Source: Terriglobia bacterium (GTDB lineage: Bacteria; Acidobacteriota; Terriglobia; Terriglobales; Acidobacteriaceae). Taken from it: DNA of 64,000 nt. The stretch spans positions 36,431 to 100,430 of the forward strand of contig JAIQEY010000018.1 of assembly GCA_020073565.1 (NCBI GenBank), read 5' to 3'. The notes under the pieces are model-generated. The model was not told the DNA's origin. It did not search any database and saw only the letters and a list, made by a program, of their open reading frames with translations. The position numbers were made by a program, and so were the translations under genes. Positions 37,272-47,215 of the stretch are shown here, in pieces (the stretch's first letter is position 1; each line of letters opens with the position of its first letter).

Positions 37272-38978
37272 CTAGAATCCAGATTGAGGCGTCATTCCCT
37301 TCGATTCCACGCATTCGTAGGCTGTGCCAGCCTTCAAATTCTTGAACTCTTCGGTTCGCCCACTCGGCCACTGCACTACAATCCGATCCGCCAGGTCTCT
37401 TCTGCCCAATCCGAAGGTGAGCGGCAGTTCCGACTGCGAAAGATAGCTTGATCCGCTCTTCACCATGCGTGTTTGCGTGACGCCCCCAGACTCCAGCCGG
37501 ACGGCCGCGCCGATCCCGTCGCGATTGGATTGTGTCCCCACCAGCCGGAAGCGAATGCTTTGGTTCCGCGCCGGCTGGTCGTTCCGAAAAAGATAAGCCG
37601 GGCCATTGTTCGTTGTCAGCAGCAGATCCACGTCGCCATCACGATCGAAATCGCCGCAGGCCAGACCGCGCCCGACACGGGGTTGGCTGAAATCGGGACC
37701 GGCCTCGAGGGTCACATCGCGGAAGCTTCCCTTCCCGAGGTTGAGGAACAATTGCGGGGGCTGTGCATAGCCAACGTTCCCGCGAATATTCCGCACCGTC
37801 TCGTCGATGTGGCCATTCGCAATCACCAGGTCAAGCGCTCCATCCAGATCGAGATCGGCAAATACGCATCCGAACCCGAGCATCGTTTTTGTGGGCATAC
37901 CGACGCCGGCCTGTAATGCGACATCTTCATACGCTGCTTTTCCGGACGGACGGTACAGCCCCACCATTTCGTTGTCGAAATTTGTGATGGCAATGCCCGC
38001 AGAACCCGAGTTGTTGAAGTCCGCTACGTCGACGCCCATGCCCGCCCGCGCCTTGCCATCCGTACTGAATGCGATTCCGGACTCAACGCCCACTTCTTTG
38101 AACGTACCATTCCGGTTGTTGCGATAAAGCTTGTTGGGCTGAGTGTCGTTGGCGACGATCAGATCCGGCCAGCCGTCCTGATCGTAGTCCAGCATCGCAA
38201 CGCCCAGCGATTTCGAACTGCTGTCGAAGATGCCGCTGGTGGCGGTCACGTCTTCAAAGGTTCCGTCGCCGCGATTGCGGAAGAGCCAGCAGGTTTCACC
38301 CCGATACGCTTCCGGCGTGCAATAAGATTTGTGCTTCCCGTCCAGGCTGCAGAAGACGTCATGTTCCTGTGACCACTTCACGTAGTTGCAGACAAACAAG
38401 TCGAGGCGCCCGTCGCGATCATAGTCAAACCAAAGCGCGGACGTGCTCATCGCTGTCCGCCCGTTGAGCCCGCTGCTGCGGGTGACATCAACGAAGGTGC
38501 CCTTGCCCGTGTTTCGGAAGAGCCGGTTCTGGCCCACACCGGTGACTAGGATGTCCGGAAACCCATCATTGTTATAGTCGCCCACCGCAACCCCCATTCC
38601 GTAAATCTCCGTCCGGTCGAGCCCGGCGACGTGCGTCACGTCGCTGAACGTGCCGTTGCGGTTGTTGCGGTAGAGTTGCAAAGTGCTGCGCTGGGTGTGA
38701 TGTCCTGGCCAGTCCATGCCGTTAATCAGCAGGATGTCCTGCCAGCCGTCCGCGTCATAATCGAGGAACGCGCACCCCGAGCCGAGCGTCTCCGGCAGCA
38801 ACTTCCCCCCGAACGCGCCGCTGTTATGGCGTGAATGAATGCCGGCAGAATTGGATACATCGACCAGTCGAAACGGCAGCGCGAATGGCTTTTCCGCATC
38901 GGCGGCCCACATCGAGTCTGCGAACAGCGCCGATCCCGCCACCCCCGCCGCGCCCACGAGAAAAGACCGGCGGTTCAC
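37272..38978 (-). CDS. CRTAC1-family protein (FG-GAP/VCBS repeats + ASPIC/UnbV domain) with Tat signal
   Basis: MNRRSFLVGAAGVAGSALFA twin-arginine signal. Repeated D.D.DG..D(I/L) FG-GAP units. C-terminal RDGIGAAVRLESGG...SGSSYLSQSELPLTFGLG (UnbV_ASPIC). Confidence 0.85.
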   Translation of the reverse strand: MNRRSFLVGAAGVAGSALFADSMWAADAEKPFALPFRLVDVSNSAGIHSRHNSGAFGGKLLPETLGSGCAFLDYDADGWQDILLINGMDWPGHHTQRSTLQLYRNNRNGTFSDVTHVAGLDRTEIYGMGVAVGDYNNDGFPDILVTGVGQNRLFRNTGKGTFVDVTRSSGLNGRTAMSTSALWFDYDRDGRLDLFVCNYVKWSQEHDVFCSLDGKHKSYCTPEAYRGETCWLFRNRGDGTFEDVTATSGIFDSSSKSLGVAMLDYDQDGWPDLIVANDTQPNKLYRNNRNGTFKEVGVESGIAFSTDGKARAGMGVDVADFNNSGSAGIAITNFDNEMVGLYRPSGKAAYEDVALQAGVGMPTKTMLGFGCVFADLDLDGALDLVIANGHIDETVRNIRGNVGYAQPPQLFLNLGKGSFRDVTLEAGPDFSQPRVGRGLACGDFDRDGDVDLLLTTNNGPAYLFRNDQPARNQSIRFRLVGTQSNRDGIGAAVRLESGGVTQTRMVKSGSSYLSQSELPLTFGLGRRDLADRIVVQWPSGRTEEFKNLKAGTAYECVESKGMTPQSGF

Positions 38979-39613
38979 GGGACGTTTACCAGCCCATTGC
39001 GAATCGCATACACGACCAGTTCGGCGGTTTTGTGAATGCCCAGTGCATCCATGATATTGGCGCGATGCACCGCGATCGTGTTCGCGCTTAATTGCAGTGC
39101 CTCCGCGATTTCCTTGTTCGACTTCCCTTCCACCAGCAACTGCAAGACTTCCAGTTCGCGCTTAGTCAGAGCTGCACTGCGCTCTCCCTTCAGCGCCGCC
39201 GGTTTTGCGATCGCAGGATCGAGCACCGTCTCGCCCGCCGCCACCTTCCGCACCGCCACGGGCAGTTCCAGCTCCATCGCGCTTTTCAGAAGATACCCGC
39301 GCGCACCGGCATCCAGCGCTTGCCGCACCCATGTCTCCTCAGAATGCATGCTGAGCATCAGCACAGCGGTCTTGGGCAAACTCTCGAGAATCTGCCGCGC
39401 GGCCACCAATCCAGTCGTTTTTGGAAGTGCGCAATCCATCACGACGACCCGCGGCTTGAGTTTCTGGGCAAGTTTGACGGCGGCTTCTCCATCGCCCGCT
39501 TCTCCGACCACCAGCATGTCGGGCTCATCCTCGAGAATGCGGCGGAAACCTTGCCGGACTAGGTTGTGATCGTCCACGAGCAGCACTGAAATTTTCTCAG
39601 GCATTCGATTCAA
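38975..39613 (-). CDS. NarL/LuxR-family response regulator
   Basis: REC domain (VLLVDDH...VVVMDCALP...) plus a C-terminal LuxR HTH (LTKRELEVLQLLVEGKSNKEIAEALQLSANTIAVHR). Confidence 0.9.
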   Translation of the reverse strand: MNRMPEKISVLLVDDHNLVRQGFRRILEDEPDMLVVGEAGDGEAAVKLAQKLKPRVVVMDCALPKTTGLVAARQILESLPKTAVLMLSMHSEETWVRQALDAGARGYLLKSAMELELPVAVRKVAAGETVLDPAIAKPAALKGERSAALTKRELEVLQLLVEGKSNKEIAEALQLSANTIAVHRANIMDALGIHKTAELVVYAIRNGLVNVP

Positions 39614-40979
39614 TCGCCTCTTTCGGTACCCTCAGCCGGACCAGCGTACCACCCCCGGCCGGCTGCAAAAATTGGATGCTGCCATTCAGCAACTCGGCAC
39701 GCTCCCGCATCGCGACCAGCCCGATTCCCGGCCGTCCGTTGGTGGCCGTAAAGCCGGTGCCGTGGTCCTCCACTTCAACCTCTAGGCTATCAGGGAGGAA
39801 CTGCAAGCGAACCCACGCCTGCCGCGCCGCCGAGTGACGCGTCACATTATTGATCGCCTCCTGCACGATCCTATAAATATGGATCGCCGGCGTGCCTCGC
39901 ACCGCGAACGCCGTCCCCGATTTCTCGTACGCAATGTCCACACCCGTCTGCCGCTCCACCGTCGGCAGATACCAGTCGAGCGTGCTCTCCAAACCCGCTT
40001 CGTCGAGCATCACCGGATGCAATGCCTGCGACAAAGTCCGCACCGTGTTGAGCGTGTTTTGGGCGATCTCTCGCACTTCGTGCAGATCGGCGCGCAACGG
40101 CGAATTCTCCGGTGTCTGCTTCTCCGCCCGACCCAGCATGGAACCGACTGCGGTCAGCACTTGTCCAAACTCATCGTGCAGTTCGCGCGAAATGTATCGC
40201 AACGTGGACTCCTGTGTCGAAATCAGCTTTTGCGCCAGGTCGCTCCGCTGTGCCGAAAGGCTGGCAAGCTGCGCGAATAACCGCCGGTTCGCGCGAATCA
40301 GGTAGAGACTAGTCAGCAAAATAGCCGTGAGCGTTCCCGCCAGAAACACATAGACCTGCCGCTGCACGCGGTCATAGATCTGTGCTCTCCGGGCCGCAAT
40401 GATCTCCTCGTTCTCGTTGTTCTGGATCAGCAGCCGGGCCACCGCTGTACTCAACGCCGCTTGCCTCGCCTGCAGCGAGATTCGAATATCCGCGCGCGCA
40501 TCCGCCTGTTTGCCGGTCTGCGCCATCGCGAAGGTCCGGTCGGCTGCATCCCAGAACTGTGCCAACTCGCGCCGCAGGTATTCCCGCTGCTCTGGAGAAC
40601 GCTCCACCAGCGCCACCTGTTCTTCACGACGCAGGGCGTCATCCAGATCCGTCCGGATCCTCTGGAATTGCGCCGACCACGCTGTCAGCGGATACGGCTC
40701 ATCCGAGTCCAGCATGTCGCGCATGGCCAGCGCGAGCGAGTTCAGGTCGTTCTGCACGCGCAGCAACTGCAGAGAGTCCTTGCGGCTGCGGTCGGCCAGT
40801 TCGCTCTGCAACTGCCGCAGTCCCTTGATCTGCATAATAATGTAGGAAGAATAGGCCACGACCGCGGCGAGGGTCAGAATCAACCCAAAAAGCAGCCCGG
40901 GGGTGGGAGTCCGCTGCGACTGAGGCGAAACCTGCACGCAACGAGAATACGACGATCCCAGCCTGCGGGCCAACCGCAA
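39597..40979 (-). CDS. Sensor histidine kinase (HisKA_3/NarX-DesK type)
   Basis: H-box ISRELHDEFGQ, N/G boxes QEAINNVTRHS...DHGTGF...GIGLVAMRERA, and an N-terminal TM segment. The start may be the GTG at 40937 rather than the TTG at 40979. Confidence 0.85.
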   Translation of the reverse strand: MRLARRLGSSYSRCVQVSPQSQRTPTPGLLFGLILTLAAVVAYSSYIIMQIKGLRQLQSELADRSRKDSLQLLRVQNDLNSLALAMRDMLDSDEPYPLTAWSAQFQRIRTDLDDALRREEQVALVERSPEQREYLRRELAQFWDAADRTFAMAQTGKQADARADIRISLQARQAALSTAVARLLIQNNENEEIIAARRAQIYDRVQRQVYVFLAGTLTAILLTSLYLIRANRRLFAQLASLSAQRSDLAQKLISTQESTLRYISRELHDEFGQVLTAVGSMLGRAEKQTPENSPLRADLHEVREIAQNTLNTVRTLSQALHPVMLDEAGLESTLDWYLPTVERQTGVDIAYEKSGTAFAVRGTPAIHIYRIVQEAINNVTRHSAARQAWVRLQFLPDSLEVEVEDHGTGFTATNGRPGIGLVAMRERAELLNGSIQFLQPAGGGTLVRLRVPKEAIESNA

Positions 40980-41084
40980 CGGTGAATCGGAAACCTTTGC
41001 GGGTCAAGACTGCGAGGGCCGCCATCCATGGGCGGCCCGTCGCGGTCCAAGACCTTCAGGTCAGATGCCTCAACTTTTCTTCAG

Positions 41085-41531
41085 TCACTTGCCCGGTGGG
41101 ATGATAATTGGCCGAGTTTTTACAGCGGTTCTGTTCTGTGCATCCTCCGGCCCGGCGCCGGTGTTCCTTGCCGGTGGGATGATAATTGGACGGGTATATG
41201 GAGATACAGCGTCGCCTTTCTTCGTAGCACACGATTTCTTGTGTGAAGCCTCTGCCGACGCGACAATGCCCCTCAGCTCAGCCTCATCGAACCAATTGCA
41301 TTCCGTCTGCTTGCCCTCGGCCACGGTGAAGAGGTTGTTACCGTTGGCGATGACAGCAAACTCCTTCCCGAAAACATCCGCCTCCCGGAAGTGAAGGACA
41401 TAGCGTTTATCGCCTTTCACGTGAAAATCGGCCATGTTCAGATCTGGCATATATACGAACGTCACGTCGTCATTGATAAACATCTCGATCACGTGCAGTT
41501 CCCGTTTCTCGATCATGGGTGGTTTAGCCAT
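41085..41531 (-). CDS. Hypothetical protein
   Basis: AAGGAG RBS before the ATG at 41531. The C-terminal tail contains a duplicated RPIIIPP peptide encoded by the direct repeats at 41088-41195. Confidence 0.5.
   Translation of the reverse strand: MAKPPMIEKRELHVIEMFINDDVTFVYMPDLNMADFHVKGDKRYVLHFREADVFGKEFAVIANGNNLFTVAEGKQTECNWFDEAELRGIVASAEASHKKSCATKKGDAVSPYTRPIIIPPARNTGAGPEDAQNRTAVKTRPIIIPPGK
41088..41195. repeat. Two about 28-nt direct repeats 78 nt apart
   Basis: cttgcccggtgggatgataattggccgagt (41088-) and cttgccggtgggatgataattggacgggt (41167-). The core ccggtgggatgataattgg is identical. Confidence 0.8.
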
Positions 41532-41584
41532 TTGTACTCTCCTTCTAATTTATGGTTTCGTCGGCAAACTGGGGTGCGAGCCGG

Positions 41585-43795
41585 CTACTGGTTCACAGAC
41601 GGTTGTGGATTGGCTTTCGCCGGCAACGCTCCCTGCAACACGCGGCGAGCGCTGGGGTCAGACAAGAGTGAACGCAAATCCGGATTCAGTTCCAGATCCT
41701 TAAGCGTGAGTCCTTTATTCAAAGTTTTTTGGAAATATTCCAATGCTCTCGATCGTTCGCCGAGTTTCTCGTATGCCTCCCCAACCTTGCACAGAATCTC
41801 CGGGTCATCCGGGGAAAATGCCAGTGCCGCCTCCAGATGCGCAAGCGCCCGGCTGCGCTGGTGCAACTGTGCATACATCACTCCGAGACTGGCTCGCACG
41901 TCGGCATCCTCCGATTTCAGAGTGACGATTTGTTCCAGCCGCGCCAGTTCCCGGCTGAAGGCATTCTGAGCCTTGTCCGGTTGCCCCAGCCATTCATAGG
42001 CGATCGCCAGGTTGTTCCACAACCGATAATCCTTGTCATTCAAACTCAGAGCTTTCTCGGTCATGGCCGCGGATTCGGCAAACCGTTTCTGCTGGTAGTA
42101 CATAACGCCCAGGTTCGCCAAGGCGGGATAATCCGGAGCCAACGCCAGCGACTTCTTGAACTCCGCCTCGGCATCCGCTTCCTGCCCGAGGCTCAACCAT
42201 GCCGTGCCGAGACTGGTGTGTGCCGGAGCGTGATCCGGCAGCAGTTCAACGACGCGACGAAACTGGCTGGCGGCATCTGCGAAACGGCCCTGCTGATAGT
42301 AGAAAGCACCCAGCCGGTAGTACCCGTCCCAGTACTCAGGACGCATCGCGGCCGCTCTCTTGTACGTGTCTTCGGCTTCCTGGGCACGGCCCGTGCTGGA
42401 GTACGCGTCCCCCAGACCGAGCAGCGCGTCCGCATCCCGGTGATCGAGTTCCAGGGCGCGCTCAAATTCCTGCAACGCCAGATTGTGCTGGCCGGTGCCA
42501 TCATGAATCCTGCCCAGCGTGACGAATACAGCCGGGAGTCGATCGTTCAACTCCGCCGCTCGTTTGCATGATGTCGATGCCAACTCGACCCACCGTGGAT
42601 CGCCGTCCCGTCTGTACTTGTCCCAATACGCCTCGCCCAACGCAGCAAATGCCAGGGCAAACTTCGGATCCGCCTTGGTAGTGGTCTCAAACAACCCGAT
42701 AGCCGCATCCAGGTTTCCAGGCTTGTCGTAGCGCCGCAGAGAGTCGCGGCCCTGAAGGTAAGTTTCGTACGCCGCCGATACCGGGGGGGCGCGTTTCAAG
42801 AGCAATAATAAGAGGAGCAATACGCATACGATCAACACCGGCAGGGCCACCACCAGGGCTGTCAGCCATCGCCTTTTGCGCGGGAGCACCCGAGTTTTGT
42901 CTGTCGGTGGGATAGTCAAGGGAACACGAACCTTGAACGTTTCCCTGCCAGTGCTGCGAGTGGCTTCACCCTCCAGCGCGTCGATCGTCTTCAAGTCGCA
43001 CAGAAGTTCAGCGCACGACTGATAACGGTCCGTCGCATTCTTCGCAAGCGCCCGGAACACAATCGACTGAAGCTCCAGGGAAACGCCTTCCATCTCCGCA
43101 GGGGGCAATTGCAGAATTGCGGTGATGGTCGAGGCCGGGTTGTCGCTCTGGAACGGCAAGCGATTGGTGAGCAACTCGTACGCGATCACGCCCAGGGACC
43201 AGACATCCGTGCGCGCATCGACGGCTTTGCCCGACAGTTGCTCCGGCGACATGTAGGACAAGGTCCCGGCTATGCTCAAGGTCTGTGTAGAGGCACCTGC
43301 GCTCACGAACCGCGCAAGACCGAAATCAACAATCTTGGCCTCGCCTGCGAGCGTAAGAATCACGTTCGACGGCTTGACGTCGCGATGCACGATATTGTGC
43401 AAGTGTGCATGCGCGAGGCCTTCCGCAATCTGCCGCACGATATCGACGGTCTCTGCCTTGGACAAAGGCGTGGCACACATGCGGGTCGCAAGGCTCACCC
43501 CATCGCAGTACGCCATCACGATAAACAACTGCCCATCCTCGGTCTCTTCCACGGCGTGAATGGAGGCGATGTTTTTGTGGTCCAGGGTTGAGGCAGCGCG
43601 TGCCTCGTGAAGCAAGCGATTGCGATCGGCAGAATTGCAGATCGGATCCGGCGGAAGAAACTTCAGGGCAACGGTGCGTTCCAGTTGGTGATCAAAGGCT
43701 TTGTACACAACGCCCATGCCGCCCGCACCCACTTCGGACAGAATCTCATAGTGGCCGACATGGTTGCCCGGGGTTGCGCGCGCTGGATGCGCCAT
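41585..43795 (-). CDS. Ser/Thr protein kinase with TM segment and C-terminal TPR repeats
   Basis: GAGGMGVVYKA, HRDVKPSNV, DFGLA, SPEQ Hanks motifs. Hydrophobic LTALVVALPVLIVCVLLLLLLLL. Multiple TPR units. Confidence 0.9.
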   Translation of the reverse strand: MAHPARATPGNHVGHYEILSEVGAGGMGVVYKAFDHQLERTVALKFLPPDPICNSADRNRLLHEARAASTLDHKNIASIHAVEETEDGQLFIVMAYCDGVSLATRMCATPLSKAETVDIVRQIAEGLAHAHLHNIVHRDVKPSNVILTLAGEAKIVDFGLARFVSAGASTQTLSIAGTLSYMSPEQLSGKAVDARTDVWSLGVIAYELLTNRLPFQSDNPASTITAILQLPPAEMEGVSLELQSIVFRALAKNATDRYQSCAELLCDLKTIDALEGEATRSTGRETFKVRVPLTIPPTDKTRVLPRKRRWLTALVVALPVLIVCVLLLLLLLLKRAPPVSAAYETYLQGRDSLRRYDKPGNLDAAIGLFETTTKADPKFALAFAALGEAYWDKYRRDGDPRWVELASTSCKRAAELNDRLPAVFVTLGRIHDGTGQHNLALQEFERALELDHRDADALLGLGDAYSSTGRAQEAEDTYKRAAAMRPEYWDGYYRLGAFYYQQGRFADAASQFRRVVELLPDHAPAHTSLGTAWLSLGQEADAEAEFKKSLALAPDYPALANLGVMYYQQKRFAESAAMTEKALSLNDKDYRLWNNLAIAYEWLGQPDKAQNAFSRELARLEQIVTLKSEDADVRASLGVMYAQLHQRSRALAHLEAALAFSPDDPEILCKVGEAYEKLGERSRALEYFQKTLNKGLTLKDLELNPDLRSLLSDPSARRVLQGALPAKANPQPSVNQ

Positions 43796-44204
43796 ACGGC
43801 CGCCGTTCTGCGGTGTGCGAACCAGCTCACTTCAGACGGAGAGATGAGCAAAGAAAAATCCAGCGGTTGTGGTCTGGACTCACACGCGCTGCCCAACACA
43901 TTCGAAGCAGGGCAAGCACCAAGAACTCGCGGGTATTCTCACAATACCCACAAAAAAGCTTTAGCATGATGGCAAACAGCAGGTCTGTGACCCAAGTCAC
44001 ACGGGCACAGCAAGATGGCGGAATTGTGTGCGAAGCGAATCCTCTTATTAACGTGTTTCGCACCGCAGAGGGGCGAACGAGCGGGTTGTGTCTAAGCGTG
44101 CAACAGAAATTCAGGATCGTCCGGCAGGCCGCTCGGCGCCGTCCGTTGGGGTCGGCATGCTACCATGTCATTTTCGCAGTAAATCCCATGGAGAGCCAAT
44201 TCTG

Positions 44205-45296
44205 ATGATTCGCAAGTGGTTTGTGTTTATCTTGCTCGGGACGCTGGCCTATGGACAGGCGGCGTCCGTCCCCGTTCCACCGGCCTCCACCCAGCCTGCG
44301 GCAACCGCGACCGAGAAGCCAGCGGAACCGCAGGTGGCGCCCACCGATCCCGTGATCACCGTTCAAGGAGTTTGCGCCGATGCCTCAAAAACGGGCGATT
44401 CCTGCAAGACCGTGATCACCAAAGAGCAGTTCGAGAAGCTGGCCAACTCACTGCAGCCGAATATGACGTTGCCTGTGCGCCGCCAGCTGGCGACGGCGTA
44501 TGCGCGCATGCTCGTCATGACGGCGGAGGCGGAAAAACGCGGCCTCGACAAGCGGTCGCAATTCGATGAAACTCTGCGCTTCGCGCGCATGCAGATTCTC
44601 TCTCAGCAACTCACGCGCGACCTGCAGGAGGATTCGCAAAAGGTGCCCGACGCCGACATCGAGAAGTACTACAAGGAAAACGCCGGAGCCTACGACGAGG
44701 CGACCTTGCTGCGCATCTTTATTCCCAAGAGCAAGCAGATCCCGCCGCCCGAGCCCGCGGTGCGTGCAGGCAAGGGTGGCGCAGCAAAGCCTGCTGTGAA
44801 GGAAAAGCCCATCGATCCGGCCGCCCGGGAAAAAGCGGCGCAGGAAGCAATGACCAAAGTCGCCGCGGACCTGCGTGCCCGCGCGGTCAACGGAGAAGAC
44901 GTCGAGAAACTGCAGAAGGAAGCTTTCGTCAGTGCCGGCTTAAAGAGCAGTGCCCCGCCCACTAAAATGGACAAGGTGCGGCAAACAACGCTTCCCCGAT
45001 CCCACAAGTCGGTGATCGATCTGAAGCCCGGTGAGGTATCCGCGGTGATCGACGATCCCAGCGGACACTACATTTACAAATTGGTCAGCAAGCAAACGCT
45101 GTCGCTCGACGCAGTGAAACCGGAAATCCGCAACACCATGTCTTCGCAGCGCTACCGCGACGCCATGCAGCCCTTCCAGGCGAGTCCCGATCTCAACCAG
45201 GCCTACTTCGGCGAAATCAAGAATCCAGCCCTGCCGCTCCGGCCCGGTCAGCCACCATCCAAGCCAACCCAGGGCGACGACGATGACCCCGATTGA
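44205..45296 (+). CDS. Secreted parvulin-type peptidyl-prolyl isomerase (SurA/PrsA-like)
   Basis: Signal peptide from the ATG at 44205. SurA-like N-terminal chaperone region. PGEVSAVIDDPSGHYIYKL rotamase-like segment. Confidence 0.75.
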   Translation: MIRKWFVFILLGTLAYGQAASVPVPPASTQPAATATEKPAEPQVAPTDPVITVQGVCADASKTGDSCKTVITKEQFEKLANSLQPNMTLPVRRQLATAYARMLVMTAEAEKRGLDKRSQFDETLRFARMQILSQQLTRDLQEDSQKVPDADIEKYYKENAGAYDEATLLRIFIPKSKQIPPPEPAVRAGKGGAAKPAVKEKPIDPAAREKAAQEAMTKVAADLRARAVNGEDVEKLQKEAFVSAGLKSSAPPTKMDKVRQTTLPRSHKSVIDLKPGEVSAVIDDPSGHYIYKLVSKQTLSLDAVKPEIRNTMSSQRYRDAMQPFQASPDLNQAYFGEIKNPALPLRPGQPPSKPTQGDDDDPD

Positions 45297-45379
45297 TCCA
45301 GGAACGCGATGATCCCAGCCGTCATGGTCAACGGAGTCTGGCAGCCCATGCTGCAAGTGCAGAGGAAGATAGCGGGCGG

Positions 45380-46081
45380 TCAGCGGTACGTCAGACTTGG
45401 ATAAAAGTCTGCGCCCCGGCCTTCCGGCGTGAAATCCAGCAGGTTCCACAGCGGCCAAATCATGTCGACGTGGCGCTGGTTCTGCCCCGGCTCGGGCGGA
45501 GCCAACAGAAGTTCGGTATGGAAAAAGTGGTGAATCTTCTGGCCCCGCCGCACAAAGACATTCAGTGATGGCTGTTGGCCTCCTTCCGCATTTTCGCCGT
45601 AGTAGTCGCGATTGTAGTCGTTGCCGGCGGAGGAGAGCAGACGCAATCGACTCCATCCCCGCTCGCGCGCGAAGCTTCGGATTCTCTCCAGCGGAGACTT
45701 TGCCACGACCGCAAGATTGATGCGCTGAGCGGCATGGACGGCGGTGCCGTCCAGGCTGTCGAGCATGGAAGTGCACATCGGACACGCCGCTTTCATCTTG
45801 GGTCCAAACATGAAGCTGTAGATGGCCAGAGTGTCTTTGCCGGTTTGAAACAGTTGGGAAAGGGACACCTGCCGCACGCTGTCCGGGGCGCTAAGATCGG
45901 CTGAGCCCTCTTCAAAGACATAGTCTTCCGGTATCTCGCCACCCAGGGGAAGTTGGCGACGGAGAGCTGCCACTTCTTCGACCCGCCGCCTCAGGTCGAT
46001 TTCTGCCTGCAGCAATTGGTTGCGAGCCAGGCGGTAGGAATCACTTTCACCGGGGAATCGAAAGGAGTGAGAGTCGGCCAT
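45380..46081 (-). CDS. DUF899-family thioredoxin-like protein
   Basis: Family-typical ...RRQLP...DYVFEEG...LSQLF...YSFMFGP....CPMCTS..D.L.G...H...R.INLAVVAKSPLERI..F...RGW. ATG 46081 with a GGAGGA RBS. Confidence 0.8.
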   Translation of the reverse strand: MADSHSFRFPGESDSYRLARNQLLQAEIDLRRRVEEVAALRRQLPLGGEIPEDYVFEEGSADLSAPDSVRQVSLSQLFQTGKDTLAIYSFMFGPKMKAACPMCTSMLDSLDGTAVHAAQRINLAVVAKSPLERIRSFARERGWSRLRLLSSAGNDYNRDYYGENAEGGQQPSLNVFVRRGQKIHHFFHTELLLAPPEPGQNQRHVDMIWPLWNLLDFTPEGRGADFYPSLTYR

Positions 46082-46285
46082 ATCTTCCTCCAAGGGCACA
46101 ACTGACCGCTGGGCCCGAACGGTATTGGATTTGGACATTCTGCCAGCTTTCGCCGGAGATTGGAACGGCAGGATCGGAGACTCTCGGTCTGACCGGAAAC
46201 TCAGAAGCGAACGTCACAAGATGGAGGTTGTTCATGACCCCGCATGCGCAACGCGGCTACGATTCAACAGGCTCAGTTGGTGAAA

Positions 46286-46309
46286 TGGCGGAGGCGTGTG
46301 CGAGTCGAA
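46286..46309 (-). repeat. Direct repeat of the 3' terminal 24 nt of tRNA-Sec (putative distal att site)
   Basis: tggcggaGgcgtgtgcgagtcgaa versus tggcggaAgcgtgtgcgagtcgaa at 59813-59836 (23/24, same orientation). It covers the T-loop through CCA of the tRNA. Confidence 0.8.
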
Positions 46310-47056
46310 TCCGCCTTGAACCTAACATTCAACAAGATACAGAGCAGCGGTAGGCAGTTTTAACCGTATTAGTACATGGTAAGCAGTGGCAATGGCATGT
46401 GAACAGCATGTGGAACCCCAGACCTCTACCGTATCAAGTTAATTGATCTTAGTACAGCAGGAGCGGGCAGTCTGGCACGGACTCACTGCTTCTTCTTTTC
46501 TTTCAGGAGGTTTACACACCCCTCCAAAGTGGACATAGCACGTTTTCTCATTGCATCCTGCGCTAGAAGAAACTCGCTGTACATTTTAAATGCAGTCTCC
46601 GACACCGTATAGAGGAGCATAGAGGCATCCAAGCATGCCTGCACGAGGTGCAGGTATCTCTGGTTTTCGGAGGTGTTCCCCACCATCCCTTGGAAGCCCC
46701 GACTCCATTCCGGCCTGCCCCATGCATACCGACATGTTGCGACTGGCGTCATCGAGATAGCCAACCAAGAGAAATCCCGCTGGCCCGTTGAAGCCGTCGG
46801 GCGACTTCTTCAAACGTGCGAGAAGATCGCGGGCCGCCGTCAACACTTCCCGATCCTAACGAAGCGAACGTGGCGCGGACAAGACGGAGCAAAACCATTA
46901 CTTCTCGGCACCCGGCTCGACGTACTGGCACATGCCCTGAAGGAGAATGCCAATAATCGTTGCCCTTACGTGTGCGCTGCTGTTGCGCTGCCGCGCGAGC
47001 TATCGACGCTTACATCGAAAAGGAAGAAGGAGAAGCGGCTTCAACAGAAATAGAAC

Positions 47057-47215
47057 GTGGCGCAGGCAAACTCCCAGAAAATTTTCAATTCAACACCAAC
47101 TCTCCCCTTCTTCATCGCCTTGCTGGTGTTCGGTCCCAAGAAACTGCCCGAGTTGGGCAAAGGCACCGGTAAAGGGATTCGTGTTTTCAAGAACGAAATT
47201 TCTTGGCATCGCTAG
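47057..47215 (+). CDS. TatA/TatE-like small protein, probably a truncated remnant
   Basis: Hand translation, not in the ORF track (52 aa, GTG start): ...TLPFFIALLVFGPKKLPELGKGTGKGIRVFKNEISWHR*. It matches the TatA TM helix-hinge-amphipathic helix core, but both termini are atypical or short. Confidence 0.4.
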   Translation: MAQANSQKIFNSTPTLPFFIALLVFGPKKLPELGKGTGKGIRVFKNEISWHR

